64,000 nt of DNA from Octopus sinensis (taxonomy: Eukaryota). Shown here piece after piece: positions 62,810-64,000 of the stretch. Each line of letters opens with the position of its first letter. Position 1 is the stretch's first letter. The translations under genes and the position numbers were made by a program. The notes beneath the pieces were generated by a model that was not told the origin of the DNA, made no database searches, and saw only the letters and a program-made list of their open reading frames with translations. The stretch lies in assembly GCF_006345805.1 (NCBI RefSeq), contig NC_043007.1, positions 75,950,001 through 76,014,000 of the forward strand, written 5' to 3'.

Positions 62810-63210
62810 TTTACTTGATTCAGTAATTTGACTGTCGCCATGCTGGAGAACCACCTTTAGTCGAGCAAATCGATTCCAGGACTTATTCCCTGCAAGCCTA
62901 GTACTTATTCTATCAGTCTCTTTTGCCGAACCGCTAAGTTACGGGGACGCAAACACACCAGCATCGGTTGTCAAGCGATGTTGGGGGAGGGGGGAAAACA
63001 CAACACACAAACAAACACATATATATATATATATACATATATACGATGGGCTTCTTTCAGTTTCTATCTACCAAATCCACTGACAAGGCTTTGGTCGGCC
63101 CAAGGCTATAGCAGAAGACACTTGCCCAAGGTGCCACGCAGTGGGACTAAACCCGGAACCATGTGGTCCGTAAGCAAACTACTTACCACACAGCCACTCC
63201 TACGCCTTTA
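62810..63210 (-). mobile_element. CORE-type SINE, full length
   Basis: Reverse complement of the 34327/60325 family. Confidence 0.85.
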
Positions 63211-63228
63211 TATAAATTTATATAAATT

Positions 63229-63262
<34 letters not shown>

Positions 63263-63309
63263 CTCATATATATCATATATATACTCATCATATATATATA
63301 TATATATAA

Positions 63310-63536
63310 AATCATCATTATCATCATCATTGTTTAACATCCGTTTTCCATGCTAGCATGGGTTGGATGAATTGACTGGGGTCTGGGAAGCCAGGAGGCT
63401 GCACCAGGCTCCAGTCTGATCTGGCAGTGTCTCTATTGCTGGATCCCCTTCCTAACACCAACCACTCCGGAAGGGAATCCAGCTGTAGAAACACTGCCAG
63501 GTCAGACTGGAGACTGGTGCAGCCCCTGGCTTCCCA
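63310..63536 (-). mobile_element. RTE 3' tail with internal inversion (foldback)
   Basis: 63384-63452 is the diverged reverse complement of 63469-63536. Confidence 0.8.
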
Positions 63537-63693
63537 ATATATGTATATATTGTATATAATGTATATAAATATACAATATATATATATCCTGTATATATAT
63601 TATATATTGTATATTAATATATTTATATATATATAATATATAGATATATATAACTATATATAATATCCTGTATATATATTATATATGTGTATA

Positions 63694-63761
<68 letters not shown>

Positions 63762-63769
63762 CATATATG

Positions 63770-64000
63770 TGGAGGCGCAATGGCCTAGTGGTTAGGGCAG
63801 CGGACTCACGGTCGTAGGATCGTGATTTCGATTCCCAGACCGAGCGTTGTGAGTGTTTATTGAGCGAAATCACCTAAAAGCTCTACGAGGCTCCGGCAGG
63901 GGGTGGTGATCCCTGCTGTACTCTTTCACCACTCTTTCTCGCACTCGTTCTTCTCGCTTAGCGGGGTGGTGTCATTCGAAGGCTAAAACAATGCGAACGC
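63770..64000 (+). mobile_element. tRNA-derived SINE, truncated by window end
   Basis: A box TGGCCTAGTGGTTAG, B-box-like TTTCGATTCCC. Confidence 0.78.

Overview
AT-rich, microsatellite-laden invertebrate genomic DNA. The repeat landscape suggests a coleoid cephalopod such as Octopus (inference). Two paralogous four-transmembrane genes of the MS4A/CD20-like type face each other tail-to-tail. Gene A is on + and lacks its 5' exons in this window (exons 3259-3348, 6960-7079, 14441-14653). Gene B is complete on - (59710-59507, 56472-56401, 49649-49560, 48089-47970, 45417-45337; 188 aa; all introns phase 0). The introns and the ~30 kb between the genes hold many retroelements: CR1-like LINEs with CCCH-finger ORF1, a head-to-tail array of Tx1/L1-clade LINEs bounded at every junction by (GATA)n, RTE LINE fragments, Penelope-like (GIY-YIG) remnants and tRNA-derived SINEs. 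There are also Tc1, piggyBac and Helitron pieces. The main unexplained layer is a set of type I hammerhead ribozyme (HHR) motifs from several sequence families, several of them inside foldback palindromes. A cluster of long hairpins sits just 3' of the gene A stop codon. One of these, a 357-bp palindrome, has an intact HHR on one arm and a stem-III-broken copy on the other. All calls are from manual reading; no searches or folding programs were run.
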